A stretch of 64,000 bases of DNA. Origin: Candidatus Bathyarchaeota archaeon (GTDB lineage: Archaea; Thermoproteota; Bathyarchaeia; Bathyarchaeales; Bathycorpusculaceae). The notes beneath the pieces were generated by a model. That model was given only the letters and a program-made list of their open reading frames with translations. It was not told where the DNA came from and made no database searches. Within the stretch, counting starts at the first letter, position 1; every line of letters begins with the position of its first letter. Positions 9,414 through 19,656 of this stretch are shown here, piece by piece. The translations under genes and the position numbers were made by a program. Location of the stretch: assembly GCA_963782525.1 (NCBI GenBank), contig CAWAKC010000007.1:96001-160000 (forward strand), written 5' to 3'.

Positions 9414-10368
9414 TTCCTCATCGAAGAGAGTTAAAATTTTTCGAGCCAAAGAGGACATAAGCGACATCATAAAAGAAGCCGTTGCAAACTCGGGATTGCG
9501 TGGCAAGAAAAAGATTTTTGTCAAACCAAACTTAAGCCACCCGGAATATCTGCCTGGAGTTGTAACCAGCCCCGAGTTGATGCGTCAGCTGGTTGGTTTG
9601 CTTCGGGACGGCAACAGTGAAGTCATCGTGGGCGAATCTAACGGCTTCAACTACCCGTGCTGGACAGCTTTCGACAAAACCGGCGCGGAGGCAGCTGTCA
9701 AAGCAGCAGGTGGCACAGTCATAAACCTCTCAGAAGACAAACTGATCGAAGTAAAATTTCCAGACGGTTGTCCGCTCAAGCGTCTTTTTCTGCCCAAAAC
9801 CATCCTCGATTCAGATGCCGTCGTGGATTTGCCGTTGATGAAAACTCACGAGTTCATGACTTACAGTGGCGCTATCAAAAACCTGTTCGGTTGTGTGCCC
9901 AGCAACAAACGCATTTACCTCCACCCCTACCTGCCAGAAGTCATGTACCGGCTTTACACGCTTTTTAAACCTCAGTTAACGATTATGGATGCCCGAACAG
10001 GCATAGAAGGCAACGGACCTACCAAAGGCAAACCCGTCAAGATGGGACTAATGCTGACTGGCAACGATGCGTTGGCTTTAGACATAACCGCCGCCAAAGT
10101 CATGATGCTCAATTGGAAAGAAACCTACCTCAACTACATCGCTAACAAAACAGGCATGGATGAAGAAGACATCCAAGTCGAAGGCTTACCGATAAGCCAA
10201 GTTGAGCATAGTTTTGAGCCACCCCGAATCGATTTACCAGTGAAGGCACAGATGATGATTTACCAGCACGAATACCTAACAAAAATGCTCTTCTGCTCAC
10301 TGGACATCGTCAGATTGTTCCAGAAGGTAACCATGGCGTATCGGGGCAAACCAATCGAAATAGGCTAA
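9406..10368 (+). CDS. DUF362 domain protein
   Basis: VKPNL, T.P, VIVGES, LPLMKTH, SGAIKNLFG and G.EGNGP motifs. Overlaps the upstream rSAM gene by 8 nt. Confidence 0.85.
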   Translation: MPDSSSKRVKIFRAKEDISDIIKEAVANSGLRGKKKIFVKPNLSHPEYLPGVVTSPELMRQLVGLLRDGNSEVIVGESNGFNYPCWTAFDKTGAEAAVKAAGGTVINLSEDKLIEVKFPDGCPLKRLFLPKTILDSDAVVDLPLMKTHEFMTYSGAIKNLFGCVPSNKRIYLHPYLPEVMYRLYTLFKPQLTIMDARTGIEGNGPTKGKPVKMGLMLTGNDALALDITAAKVMMLNWKETYLNYIANKTGMDEEDIQVEGLPISQVEHSFEPPRIDLPVKAQMMIYQHEYLTKMLFCSLDIVRLFQKVTMAYRGKPIEIG

Positions 10369-11561
10369 CTAATTGCTTCATCGTACACTTTCATGGCGTC
10401 TTTGACGACTATGCGCCAATCATAGTTTTCCACGATTGTTTTCCTAGCCAACGCACCCATTTCCGCTGCGAAGACGGGATGCTCGAGCAGATAGAGGATT
10501 TTTTCGCTGAACGCTTTGGAATTGAAAGGTTCCACCAGAAAGCCGTTTTTGCCGCTTTCGATGGTTTCTGGGATACCGCCCACTGTGGTTGTGACAACGG
10601 GCAAGCCTGTTGCAAGCGCTTCCAAAACGGCGAAGGGATGATGCTCATAGAAGGTGGAAAATGCAAAGACGTCGGCGGCTTGGTAGAGCAGAGGCAATTT
10701 CTTGTCGGGGTAGTAACCAGTGAAGATTATGTTGCCTTTTACGCCGAGTTTTTCTGCGTGAATGATAAGTTTGTGCATTTCGTCGCTTTGCCCCTTGCCT
10801 GAAATGATGAATTTGGCGGTTGGGAAGCGTTTAATGACGGCGGGCATACTTTCGATAAGGGTGAATAAGCCTTTGCGGGCATACAATCTGCCGACGGAGA
10901 CGATAGCTAATTCGTCAGGGTTAAAACCAAGCTCCGCCTTGATCTTGCGCTTATCTGCCGCTGGCTTAAACTTGGTTACGTCAACGCCGTTGTGGATAAC
11001 CCGTATCTTGCTTGGGGGAATCTTGTAATAGTTTGTGAGTTCCCACTTGGTGAAATGGCTGACAGCGATTATTCTTCGAGCCCTATGCAACATACCTTCC
11101 TCAAAAAACCGCAAAAACCAATTAAAACTTACCAAAAACTTCTCGTTTGCATTTAATCGGGTGTAAGGTTCTCCGCGGATGGCTTCGGCTTCGCCTTTCC
11201 ATGTGGAGTGGACGGTGCAAACAAGTGATTTACCAAAGTTGGGAGGCACTGCAAAGTTGGGTGTTAGGGGCAATTGGGGATGGGTTACATCAACGTTTGC
11301 TGTTTTTCTTACTCTTTGGAGTTTGCGGTTGCTGGCAGCGGCTAGCATGAAGGATTTTACAATGGGCATTTTGGGGATTTTTAGGAAGGACACGTCGAGT
11401 TGGGGGTTGACTTGTATATCCTGGGCTTGGTTGGAGCCTGTTACGACAAAGATTTTGTAGCCGTTTTTTAGCAATTCATTGCTGAGGTAGTAGACGTAGG
11501 CGCCTGTTCCCCCAGTCAGCGGCCAGTATTCGGGTGAGATAAAGCAGACTTTATGCGGCAT
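10365..11561 (-). CDS. Glycosyltransferase family 4 (GT-B)
   Basis: EYWPLTGG, IHNGVD, VGRL..RKG and E.HPFAVLEALATGLPVV..VGG.PE motifs. ATG at 11561 is coupled to the upstream stop. Confidence 0.92.
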   Translation of the reverse strand: MPHKVCFISPEYWPLTGGTGAYVYYLSNELLKNGYKIFVVTGSNQAQDIQVNPQLDVSFLKIPKMPIVKSFMLAAASNRKLQRVRKTANVDVTHPQLPLTPNFAVPPNFGKSLVCTVHSTWKGEAEAIRGEPYTRLNANEKFLVSFNWFLRFFEEGMLHRARRIIAVSHFTKWELTNYYKIPPSKIRVIHNGVDVTKFKPAADKRKIKAELGFNPDELAIVSVGRLYARKGLFTLIESMPAVIKRFPTAKFIISGKGQSDEMHKLIIHAEKLGVKGNIIFTGYYPDKKLPLLYQAADVFAFSTFYEHHPFAVLEALATGLPVVTTTVGGIPETIESGKNGFLVEPFNSKAFSEKILYLLEHPVFAAEMGALARKTIVENYDWRIVVKDAMKVYDEAIS

Positions 11562-12568
11562 TACTTGTCCTTCCCTGCAAGATACCTTGCCGTAGTTATT
11601 ATTGCGCCGTCGAACCATGCTCCTGCCCTCACAAAGTATAGCAGCACCAGCCGCAGGGCGGCGCGGTCATTGAATTTAACAGCTATTTTGATAGATGAAT
11701 AAACAAAGTAAACCATCATCGCCAAAAAGATTAAACCCGAAACAATCCACATTAACCTCAGCGGCGGCAAGATGCCCACAAAGAAAAACGCAACGACGCC
11801 CAAGAGTAGGATTGGTTGTACGTTCATTCCTACATCGGTGATCTCGTCACCCTTTGCCAAGTGTCCGTGTTTGAAGTAGAGTTTTAGCGTGTTTTTACCG
11901 TACTGCAGTTGCTGGCGATAATACGCTTTCAAGGTGGGACGATTAAAGTGGTAGCAGACTGCGCTGGACTCGTAGGCGATTTTGTAGCCTTTGGCAGCTA
12001 TGCGAAAGCCAAAGTCAGTGTCATATTGACTGGGTAGTTTCTCATCCCACCCGCCTGCCTCCTCGACGACAGATTTTTTGAGCAAAAGGTTCATGGTAGC
12101 GATTCGCCCAGTGTACTTACCTATGCGTTGGTAGCGGTTTTTGAGTTCGTACCCGATGCTTCTTGCCCATGGGTTGTTGCAGTTCCAGGTTTCGATGCTA
12201 CCGCTGACGCCCGCCACCTTTGGCTCAACGAGGTGCGGTGCAAGTTTGTTTAGCCATTCAACTTCCACCTTGGCATCTGCGTCAATGAATCCCAGAATAG
12301 GAAAAGAAGCAATTTTCAAGGCGTAATTGTAAGCGGCTGGAGCGTTAAGCCGTATAGAAACCACTTTGATTGGGAATTGCTCGGCAATTTCTACAGTGGC
12401 ATCTTTTGAGCCTCCATCCATTACTATAACCTCTACAAAACCTGCTGGATAATTTAGCGCCAAGATTGATTTGAGGCATTCTTCCAGTGTATCTTGGCTG
12501 TTATATGCTGCTACTATAATCGAAACCTTGGGATAAACAGTTTCAGCCACTTGCTTATGCCTTCGCAT
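11561..12568 (-). CDS. Glycosyltransferase family 2 with C-terminal TM helices
   Basis: VSIIVAAYN, DGGSKD, FIDAD, GGWDE and YRQQLQYG motifs. Hydrophobic C-terminus. Start may be the GTG at 12550. Confidence 0.9.
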   Translation of the reverse strand: MRRHKQVAETVYPKVSIIVAAYNSQDTLEECLKSILALNYPAGFVEVIVMDGGSKDATVEIAEQFPIKVVSIRLNAPAAYNYALKIASFPILGFIDADAKVEVEWLNKLAPHLVEPKVAGVSGSIETWNCNNPWARSIGYELKNRYQRIGKYTGRIATMNLLLKKSVVEEAGGWDEKLPSQYDTDFGFRIAAKGYKIAYESSAVCYHFNRPTLKAYYRQQLQYGKNTLKLYFKHGHLAKGDEITDVGMNVQPILLLGVVAFFFVGILPPLRLMWIVSGLIFLAMMVYFVYSSIKIAVKFNDRAALRLVLLYFVRAGAWFDGAIITTARYLAGKDK

Positions 12569-13253
12569 ACGCTAAAACAATCGACAACAGGATTTTAGAG
12601 CCATCTATCACAGGGTCGACACCAGAGTGACCATACGTGCGCTGCTCAAAACTAATAGGCACCTCCGCTACCCTAAAACCTTCTTTAGCTGTTTTAACAA
12701 GCATCTCCGACTCTATCTCGTAGCCGCCTGATTTTAGTTTTTGTTTGCTTAGGACTTCCCGCTTCATTGCGCGGTATCCAGATTGAGAATCAGTTATGGC
12801 AGTTCCCGTTAAGAGCTGAATTAAAAAGTTGAATATACGAACGCCGAAGGCATTTAGTTTTCTTGTTGCAACGTTTTTCTGGTTCAGGTACCTTGACCCA
12901 ATTACCAAGTCAGCTTGGTCTTTTAGGACCGGCGCAAGGACTCGAGGGAGTTCCTCGGGGCGGTGGGAGCCGTCGGAGTCGATAGTGATTATTATATCGC
13001 CCTTTGCCTTAGCGAACCCTGCTCGCAGACCGTAGCCTTTGCCCATGTGCTGTTTTAGGCTGTAGAGTTTGCTGTTATGTTCCCTGACCACTTCAACCGA
13101 GTGGTCGTGTGAGTGGTCGTCAACAACAATTATTTCATATTGCAAGCCAATATGCTGCAAGACAGCTTTTGTACGGTCAATAACGTTGCCTACAGTTAAT
13201 TCCTCGTTGAACACGGGAATTATGACGGAAAGCAGCATTTGGCGTCGACTCAT
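12555..13253 (-). CDS. Glycosyltransferase family 2, DPM1/polyprenol-phosphate glycosyltransferase-like
   Basis: SVIIPVFNEE, VVDDHSHD, GKGYGL, IDSDGSH.PEE, DLVIGSR and DSQSGYRA motifs. Confidence 0.92.
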   Translation of the reverse strand: MSRRQMLLSVIIPVFNEELTVGNVIDRTKAVLQHIGLQYEIIVVDDHSHDHSVEVVREHNSKLYSLKQHMGKGYGLRAGFAKAKGDIIITIDSDGSHRPEELPRVLAPVLKDQADLVIGSRYLNQKNVATRKLNAFGVRIFNFLIQLLTGTAITDSQSGYRAMKREVLSKQKLKSGGYEIESEMLVKTAKEGFRVAEVPISFEQRTYGHSGVDPVIDGSKILLSIVLAYAKA

Positions 13254-13337
13254 TTTATTTAAGAAGCCAAAGGAATAACTTATAAAGTTTGGCTACCCCA
13301 ACCTTGTTAGCAACCGAACAGAAAGTTTGATCAAAAA

Positions 13338-13892
13338 ATGGAAACCACCCTGAAAGTTAAAGTTGAAGGCGACCGCAAGGTTTGGTTTTCCATGTGGTTT
13401 CTGGGCGCAGTCGTCACTTTTGGCGTTGCGTTCTTTCCAATGTTTTACCGTTTGGTCGACGGCAGGAACAGGCATTTCCGGCGCGAAGCAGAGTTTGAAG
13501 AGAAGGTTGCAGCTTATTCGAAGAAACAGGGAAAAAAACTGCCGTCAGCAAGTGAGCGATTTAAAGCGATGAATGCGAAAGCTTGGGCAGCCAGCATTAT
13601 TCTAATCGTGCCAGTCTTCATCATAGTTTACTTGTTATCCAGAGATTTAGCGAATCATGAACAAAACCAAGATGCGTTTCTTGCGGCTGCTCTGCCAGAG
13701 CGAGTTTTCATGCCGCAGACGATACCCATAAAAACTTATGCCATAATAACTTTAATTACGTTGGGCGTTGGGGTTATTTACTGGCTCTACAAGGTTGTTA
13801 ACTTGTACAACGCTCACTATAAGGCGCATCTACAAGTGGAGAAAGAAATGGTTAGGCTGATGGAGGAGCAAAAACCTGTCGAGCAACTGTAA
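13338..13892 (+). CDS. Membrane protein, DUF4234-like (repeated helix-loop unit)
   Basis: Repeated 'VTFG/ITLG..(F/Y)..Y....N.H' units. Confidence 0.6.
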   Translation: METTLKVKVEGDRKVWFSMWFLGAVVTFGVAFFPMFYRLVDGRNRHFRREAEFEEKVAAYSKKQGKKLPSASERFKAMNAKAWAASIILIVPVFIIVYLLSRDLANHEQNQDAFLAAALPERVFMPQTIPIKTYAIITLITLGVGVIYWLYKVVNLYNAHYKAHLQVEKEMVRLMEEQKPVEQL

Positions 13893-14997
13893 AAAACGTA
13901 GGTTCGTTAGCCACGGCGGAGACATCTGGGGTTTTAGCAGAAAATACAACATACCTCTCGAAGACGTACTCGAATTCAGCGGACCCATAAACTTTCTTGG
14001 ACCTTCACCAAAAGCTGTCGAAGCTGTAAAGCAGAATGCCCGTTTAATCAAGTTCTATCCGGACCCAAACCCAGTCGAATTCAAAGAGGAAATCGCCAAG
14101 TACGTAGGCTGCGGCATAAAAGAAGAAAACATTCTCTTGGGAAACGGCTCCATCGAACTCATCTACTTGATAACTGAGATTCTGCCTCGTGGTCACAAAG
14201 CAGTAATTCCTGTGCCGTCTTTCTCAGAATATGAGAAAGCGACCCTGCGAGTGAGTGGTGAACCCATTTTTGTCCAGTTGCCGGAGGATTTTTCTTTGGA
14301 TTTGGACAAAATAAAGAAAGCAGTTACCGAGGACACAAAAATCATGTGCCTATGCAACCCCCACAGTCCCTCAGGTAAACTCTACAGCAAAAAAGGACTC
14401 TTAGACCTCGTGGAGTTCTGCAACAAAAAAGACATCATTTTTAGCGTTGACGAAAATTACATCGAATTTGCCGACCAAAGCTTAGATAACACGTTAGCGG
14501 GAATGGTCAAAGACTACGAGAACCTTTTTGTTATTCGTTCAGTCACCAAATTCTATGGCATGGCAGGCATCCGCTTCGGCTACGCCTTAACTGCGGGAAA
14601 TCTAATTGACAAGCTTGAAACCATGCGGCTCCCGTGGAGCATCAACGGATTAGCATGCCAAGTCACGATGGCAGCTATAAACGACACCCAATTCATACAG
14701 AACACCAAAGAAACAATCGCTAAAAACCGCCAAGAACTCGCTCAAAGCCTCAGCCAAATCCCAGGCTTACACGTCTACCCATCAGTAACAAACTTCCTAC
14801 TCGTAAAAATACAGAACAGCAAAATCACATCCACCATGCTAAAAGATCTTTTGGCGAAAGAACGAATCTTAATTCGCGACTGTTGTACTTTCATGGGATT
14901 AGACGATCACTACTTTAGAGTAACCATCAGGTCAGCCAAAGACAACCAAATACTCGCTGAAAAAATAAAACAAATCCTCAACAAAAATGGCGTTTGA
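13876..14997 (+). CDS. cobD: Threonine-phosphate decarboxylase (CobD) / class I-II PLP aminotransferase
   Basis: The frame extends upstream of the ORF-track call (14137) through SHGGDIW..FSGPINFLGPS..YPDP. Also GNGS.ELI, CNPHSPSG, DENY and PLP-lysine SVTKFYGMAGIRFGY. Start inferred as CTG at 13876. Confidence 0.75.
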   Translation: MSSNCKKRRFVSHGGDIWGFSRKYNIPLEDVLEFSGPINFLGPSPKAVEAVKQNARLIKFYPDPNPVEFKEEIAKYVGCGIKEENILLGNGSIELIYLITEILPRGHKAVIPVPSFSEYEKATLRVSGEPIFVQLPEDFSLDLDKIKKAVTEDTKIMCLCNPHSPSGKLYSKKGLLDLVEFCNKKDIIFSVDENYIEFADQSLDNTLAGMVKDYENLFVIRSVTKFYGMAGIRFGYALTAGNLIDKLETMRLPWSINGLACQVTMAAINDTQFIQNTKETIAKNRQELAQSLSQIPGLHVYPSVTNFLLVKIQNSKITSTMLKDLLAKERILIRDCCTFMGLDDHYFRVTIRSAKDNQILAEKIKQILNKNGV

Positions 14998-16091
14998 TGA
15001 CTGTTTTGCAGAAAAGAAGGCTGGGTAGAACAAATCTTCAGGTCTCAACAGTTGGGTTTGGCGGAACATGGATTTCTGAGTTAACAACGACTAATGCAGT
15101 ACAGGTTGTTAGGAGAGCCTTTGAACGTGGCATCACCTATTTTGACACCGCCAAACTAGACGGCGATAGCGAAGAAAAAATCGGCGCCGCCCTTCAAGAC
15201 GTCAGAGAAAAATGCGTCATCGCAACCAAGACGGGGTCCCGAACAAAAAAGGAGTCCCTTGAAGACTTCAAAGGCAGCTTAAAACGGCTTAGAACTGACC
15301 GATTAGACATCATTCAACTTCACGGAATCGACGACGAAAAAACCCTTGCCAGAGCTATGGGAGTGGATGGTTCGCTGCAAACTTGCAAAGAAGCACGCAA
15401 GCAGGGACTGGCGGATTTCATCGGCATTACTGGGCATAAGCCGCGGGTTTTAGTTAAAGCAGTGGAGTCTGGCGAGTTTGATTCGGTTTTGGTTCCGCTA
15501 AACGTTGTGACTAGGCAGGCTTTGGAGGAACTGTTGCCGGTAGCAAAAGCGCATGACGTAGGTGTCATAACGATGAAACCACTGTCAGCTAAAACCTCCA
15601 CTTTAATCACCTGCCTCTACAACCCTTCACTTTCCCTTCTTTCAGATGAGCCAGAACTCAAAGCCCTACTAGGAGAAAACGTCGATTATAGGGTTAACAG
15701 TGCGTTGAGGTATGTGCTGTCGCAGGATGTGGCAACTGTTATTCCAGGGTTAAAATCCATCTATGAAGTGGAAACCGCAGCTAAAGCTGCAGAACAATAC
15801 AGCAGACTAACCCCAGAAGAACAAGAAAAATTCAGCTTTAACCTTGGGAAAAGTTACTGCAGAGACTGCGGACAATGCCTAACCTGCCCACAGAACATCA
15901 ACATCGCAGCCATACTCCGATTCCACACGCTCTTTGAGGTTTATGGGTTAAAGGTTTGGGCTAAAAAACTCTACAGAGGATTAGATGTTGGGGTTGATAA
16001 TTGCACAATGTGCGGCGAGTGTGAGCTAAAATGTCCCTACCAATTACCTATTACAACCATGTTAAAGAAAGCAAAGTTGGATTTCCAATAA
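14997..16091 (+). CDS. Aldo/keto reductase with C-terminal 4Fe-4S dicluster domain
   Basis: RRLGRT, GFGG, FDTA, SE..IG, ATK, IGITGH and MKPL motifs. CRDCGQCLTCP and CTMCGECELKCPY. Confidence 0.9.
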   Translation: MTVLQKRRLGRTNLQVSTVGFGGTWISELTTTNAVQVVRRAFERGITYFDTAKLDGDSEEKIGAALQDVREKCVIATKTGSRTKKESLEDFKGSLKRLRTDRLDIIQLHGIDDEKTLARAMGVDGSLQTCKEARKQGLADFIGITGHKPRVLVKAVESGEFDSVLVPLNVVTRQALEELLPVAKAHDVGVITMKPLSAKTSTLITCLYNPSLSLLSDEPELKALLGENVDYRVNSALRYVLSQDVATVIPGLKSIYEVETAAKAAEQYSRLTPEEQEKFSFNLGKSYCRDCGQCLTCPQNINIAAILRFHTLFEVYGLKVWAKKLYRGLDVGVDNCTMCGECELKCPYQLPITTMLKKAKLDFQ

Positions 16092-16102
16092 CCTGAGCGC
16101 CA

Positions 16103-16915
16103 CTATTTTTTGGCTATCCAATAACTCATTTCTGGCTTGCAAGTAATTTTATAAAGGTAAAAAAGTGGGTTTCCTATCCAAGTTGCATGTTGGTAATAGT
16201 CTGCCCGTTTGGATTGTTCAAAGTTTTTTTTGAAAAATGCTCCTACAAGATTATGGTCTAGTGGATGTTCTTTTTTGTGCCAATAATCCGACAGAGTATA
16301 ATCAATTGAGGGAAGTTTTATCCCCGCCATCTGGAAATACAGGATATTTAGGATTGGGTTGGAGTGAAAATAGAAGAGTTTTACGATATTCGCTATTGGG
16401 TTTGGTTCGTCTTTCCAGTAAAATGGCGAAGCCTCGTGGTCGATGTATACCATGCCGCCTTTTTTTAAGAACCCTGAAAGCTTCTGAAGAGTGACTATGT
16501 AGTCGGGAAGATGGTGCAGGACTGAGTAACATGCAATTAAATCGAATTCGCCTGCTTTAAGGTCGACGGCTTCTATTGGCGAGTTGATAACGACTAATTT
16601 TTTATCTGCTATTTCTTTTTTAAACTTGTTTTTCAAAATGGCGCACATTTCAGCAGAAATATCGATGGCTGTAACAGTGTAGCCCATGCCAAGAAGTTTG
16701 CCAGTTAAGTTTCCTGTGCCTGCCCCAAAATCAAGAGCCCTCTTATGGTTATCCGTTATTAATTTGTCTGCGGTTTTTAGGGTGTAGACTATTCGTTTTT
16801 GTTCTTTTTTGCTGTATACTTCGGGGTGGATTGCTTCGTAGTATTTTGCTTCAAACCGGTGGACGGTTACGTTGGCTTGATGTATGCTTTCCTGTAGGTT
16901 TTCTGTGTTAGACAA
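16103..16915 (-). CDS. Class I SAM-dependent methyltransferase
   Basis: ALDFGAGTG (motif I), AIDIS..M, FDLI...SVLHHLPD and LKKGG. Confidence 0.9.
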   Translation of the reverse strand: MSNTENLQESIHQANVTVHRFEAKYYEAIHPEVYSKKEQKRIVYTLKTADKLITDNHKRALDFGAGTGNLTGKLLGMGYTVTAIDISAEMCAILKNKFKKEIADKKLVVINSPIEAVDLKAGEFDLIACYSVLHHLPDYIVTLQKLSGFLKKGGMVYIDHEASPFYWKDEPNPIANIVKLFYFHSNPILNILYFQMAGIKLPSIDYTLSDYWHKKEHPLDHNLVGAFFKKNFEQSKRADYYQHATWIGNPLFYLYKITCKPEMSYWIAKK

Positions 16916-17199
16916 GTCGTTTATGTCCTTTATTTTAAATTAAAACATTCATTCTGAAGCAAACATATGTAGCTTTCCGTTAAAGCCCAAAACGCAATTA
17001 AAATAATGCACAAGATACCAAGGGGGCTAACCAACTACCTGAACTATGGGCTGATTTCTCACTTTTTTCCTTTCTAAATTTTAAATCTGGAGAAATCAAC
17101 CTAAACATTCAACAAGCAAGGTTTCCGTAAACGCTTAATAAGTTCACATGTTTATCTAACATAAAACTTAGCGAACTGTACTTTGGATGTTGAATTTGA

Positions 17200-17946
17200 A
17201 TGAAAGTGGTTGTCCACTGGAGCGGAGGAAAAGACTGCTGCACCGCACTGCACAAAGTCGTCGAGCAAGGCCACGAAGTCGCATGCCTAGTCACATACAT
17301 TTACATGGAACCCTACGTTTTCCACAGCTTCAAAGTCATAGAACAACAAGTCAAAGCATTGGACATGCCCCACCAATTCGTGAAAATCACCGACAACCGC
17401 TATGACGACATAATGGGAACCCTTGAACGGCTCCACAAAGAAGAAGGCGTGCAAGCCATCGTTACAGGCGACATCGATAACGTCCACCACCGACGCGTCT
17501 GGAAAGATGCATGCAAAAAGTTGGGCGTTCAGCTTATGATGCCTCTTTGGGACCGCCCCCTTAACCTGATTCCGGGTAACCGACGCCGCAAACGCATCAT
17601 GGAAATGGAACAAAACGCAGGCGTAAAAGCCATCATGAGCTGCATTGACCAAAGATACTTTACCCCTGAGTGGCTGGGACGCCAAATCGACAGAAAATGC
17701 ATCGAAGACATGCAGCCACTTGTGGGTCCAGCCGGCAAAGGCATAGATGTTTCAGGCGAACCCGGAGAATATCACTCGACAACCCTTGATGCGCCGCTGT
17801 TTAAGCAACGCGTCGAATTAACCAAGTTTACCAAGAAAAGCAAGGTGGTTGATTTTGGCGGCTCACCGTTCCGAGAGGGCGATTTCCTCTACATGGATAT
17901 CGAAGAGGCAGTTCTCAAACCCAAAGAAGAAAAGGCAGTCACTTAG
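17200..17946 (+). CDS. Diphthine-ammonia ligase (Dph6/MJ0570)-like PP-loop ATP pyrophosphatase, paralog 1
   Basis: WSGGKDCC, IVTGDI, PLW, WLGR and D.SGE.GEYHS..LDAPLF motifs. Confidence 0.85.
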   Translation: MKVVVHWSGGKDCCTALHKVVEQGHEVACLVTYIYMEPYVFHSFKVIEQQVKALDMPHQFVKITDNRYDDIMGTLERLHKEEGVQAIVTGDIDNVHHRRVWKDACKKLGVQLMMPLWDRPLNLIPGNRRRKRIMEMEQNAGVKAIMSCIDQRYFTPEWLGRQIDRKCIEDMQPLVGPAGKGIDVSGEPGEYHSTTLDAPLFKQRVELTKFTKKSKVVDFGGSPFREGDFLYMDIEEAVLKPKEEKAVT

Positions 17947-18200
17947 AAAGCACAATGTAGAATTCAAATCAATATGCCGTTTGTTGGGCATTGACGAGAA
18001 GAAGAAAAACATCAATTCTCTGGGAAAAGTTTGTCCTTCTTCTTTCAACTCAGAGTTTTGTTGTTCTGCCAAATAATTCTTGTTCTGAAAAAGGAGTCTC
18101 ATTCCTCAGCGATTGTTGTCTCCAATTCTTAGCGCTCATAGATTAAACCAGAAGTCACGAGTCTGATGAGCAGACCGTTTTTTCAGAGCATGGGAAAGGT

Positions 18201-18386
18201 CTATTGATTCAAGCTATTGGTCTCTCGTAGTCGTCTATAAACAATCAGCGAAATAGCGACAAACACAAGATCACAACAGTGATAATGGTGATGTTTATTG
18301 GTGTAATCAAGGAACCCATGCAGAAGTAGCGTTATTGAAGGTGTCGGGTCGTGGACAAAGAATTGAACAGGAGCAGAGGAAGTGAC
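18201..18386 (-). pseudogene. Possible decayed C-terminal remnant of a membrane-anchored exported protein
   Basis: Minus-strand fragments SSAPVQFFVHDPTPS / LITPINITIITVVIL / FVAISLIVYRRLRE, with the middle one in a different frame. They resemble the linker-TM-basic tail of the adjacent gene (ISLVYFKRR). Confidence 0.35.
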
Positions 18387-18549
18387 TATGCCACAGAGAT
18401 GAGAAAGATAGGCTTACTTTCAGAGCGGATTGATTTTAATGGAAGGAAGAATAGGCATGAGCATATTTCTAATGCATTACTTCAAAGAAAATCCAAAGAT
18501 GTTGAGTGATAAAATTCTTGAGTTACTGCCTAACTTAGAGAAAACTTTG

Positions 18550-19272
18550 CTACTTTTTTAGCTTATCTTTTCTTCTCTTGAAGTAAACCAGTGAGATTGA
18601 AGCAACAGCCACTATTGCAATCACAATAGCCAGTGTGATATAGACTAGAGGTGGATTCAAAACAACTGGCAATGTGGCACCTGTGTTAATTGTAGGCATA
18701 CTTTGGCTTGGAGTTGGAGTTGGGTCAAGAGAGTTTGGAACCAGAGTAGGAGAAGGGACAGTTGGTTTTTGAGTTATGTTCTGAGTTAGGATTATTTGTG
18801 AGGTTGCTGAACCCAAGGAAATGTATTCGTCAATATACCTTCTGTTAACAAAGCCAGAGTTGTAATAGCCATAATTTACCTCAACTATGTGAGTCCCACT
18901 TGGTAAGTTTGGGAGATTTGATAGTTCCGTTGTTCCTTTGAGAATGTACTGGATGTAGGGGTCATATGCATAGTCATCCGATATGGTAGTATTGCTAACA
19001 AGGTCAAGGTTATTTACCTCAAAAGATTTTGAGTCTAAAACAACAAAGCAGTGGCTATCGGTGAGGTTAGAACCTGTTGCCCAATAATAGTTAGTTTTTA
19101 TGGTAAAGGAAAGTTGGGTGGAATAAGCTGGGCTGTCAATAGTGACTATTGCATACTTTGGCTTTTGCCCATACATTCCAACAGGATTAGCTATAGTCAA
19201 CTCAATCAGTTGAAACATTATGAGAAATGATATGAACAAGATAGTAGTAGAAACAACCATTATTTTTCTCAT
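18550..19272 (-). CDS. Hypothetical exported protein with Pro/Thr linker and C-terminal TM anchor
   Basis: Signal peptide ending IA-NP, L.NLPSG.H beta pattern, PTVPSPT linker, TM helix + KRRK. Confidence 0.7.
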   Translation of the reverse strand: MRKIMVVSTTILFISFLIMFQLIELTIANPVGMYGQKPKYAIVTIDSPAYSTQLSFTIKTNYYWATGSNLTDSHCFVVLDSKSFEVNNLDLVSNTTISDDYAYDPYIQYILKGTTELSNLPNLPSGTHIVEVNYGYYNSGFVNRRYIDEYISLGSATSQIILTQNITQKPTVPSPTLVPNSLDPTPTPSQSMPTINTGATLPVVLNPPLVYITLAIVIAIVAVASISLVYFKRRKDKLKK

Positions 19273-19656
19273 ATCTACCACATTCTAACAAGAATAGTAT
19301 ACGCTTAAGAACTTTTTTGTCAAACTTTCTTGTCTGAGAATAGTCAAAGTTTCTTGACCAGGTTATATTAAATTTACTCCAACTGTTGATTTTTGTCTTA
19401 AGGGCAGATATATAGCATCAGGCAAGTTCAAGCTTTTCTTGCGAGGATCTGCACAAGCACAACAAATAAGAAGCAAACCAGAACAAAGAATGCAACAGTT
19501 AATGGCGTACTTTGGAAATAGAGTCTTCCGCAACAACAATCAGACGAAAATAAAATGGCGTCGGAGCTATAGTGCATCGATTATCACTAAAGATCCAATT
19601 TGTGTTTTTATCGCAATGTTGATTAGGCAACTTTACGCCTAAACATACAAGCTGGA

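Noticed and set aside
16916-19656. RiPP precursor peptide for the SPASM enzymes
   Set aside because: No short ORF with a credible start context or precursor-like motif found by eye here or in other intergenic gaps. Very short ORFs cannot be fully excluded.
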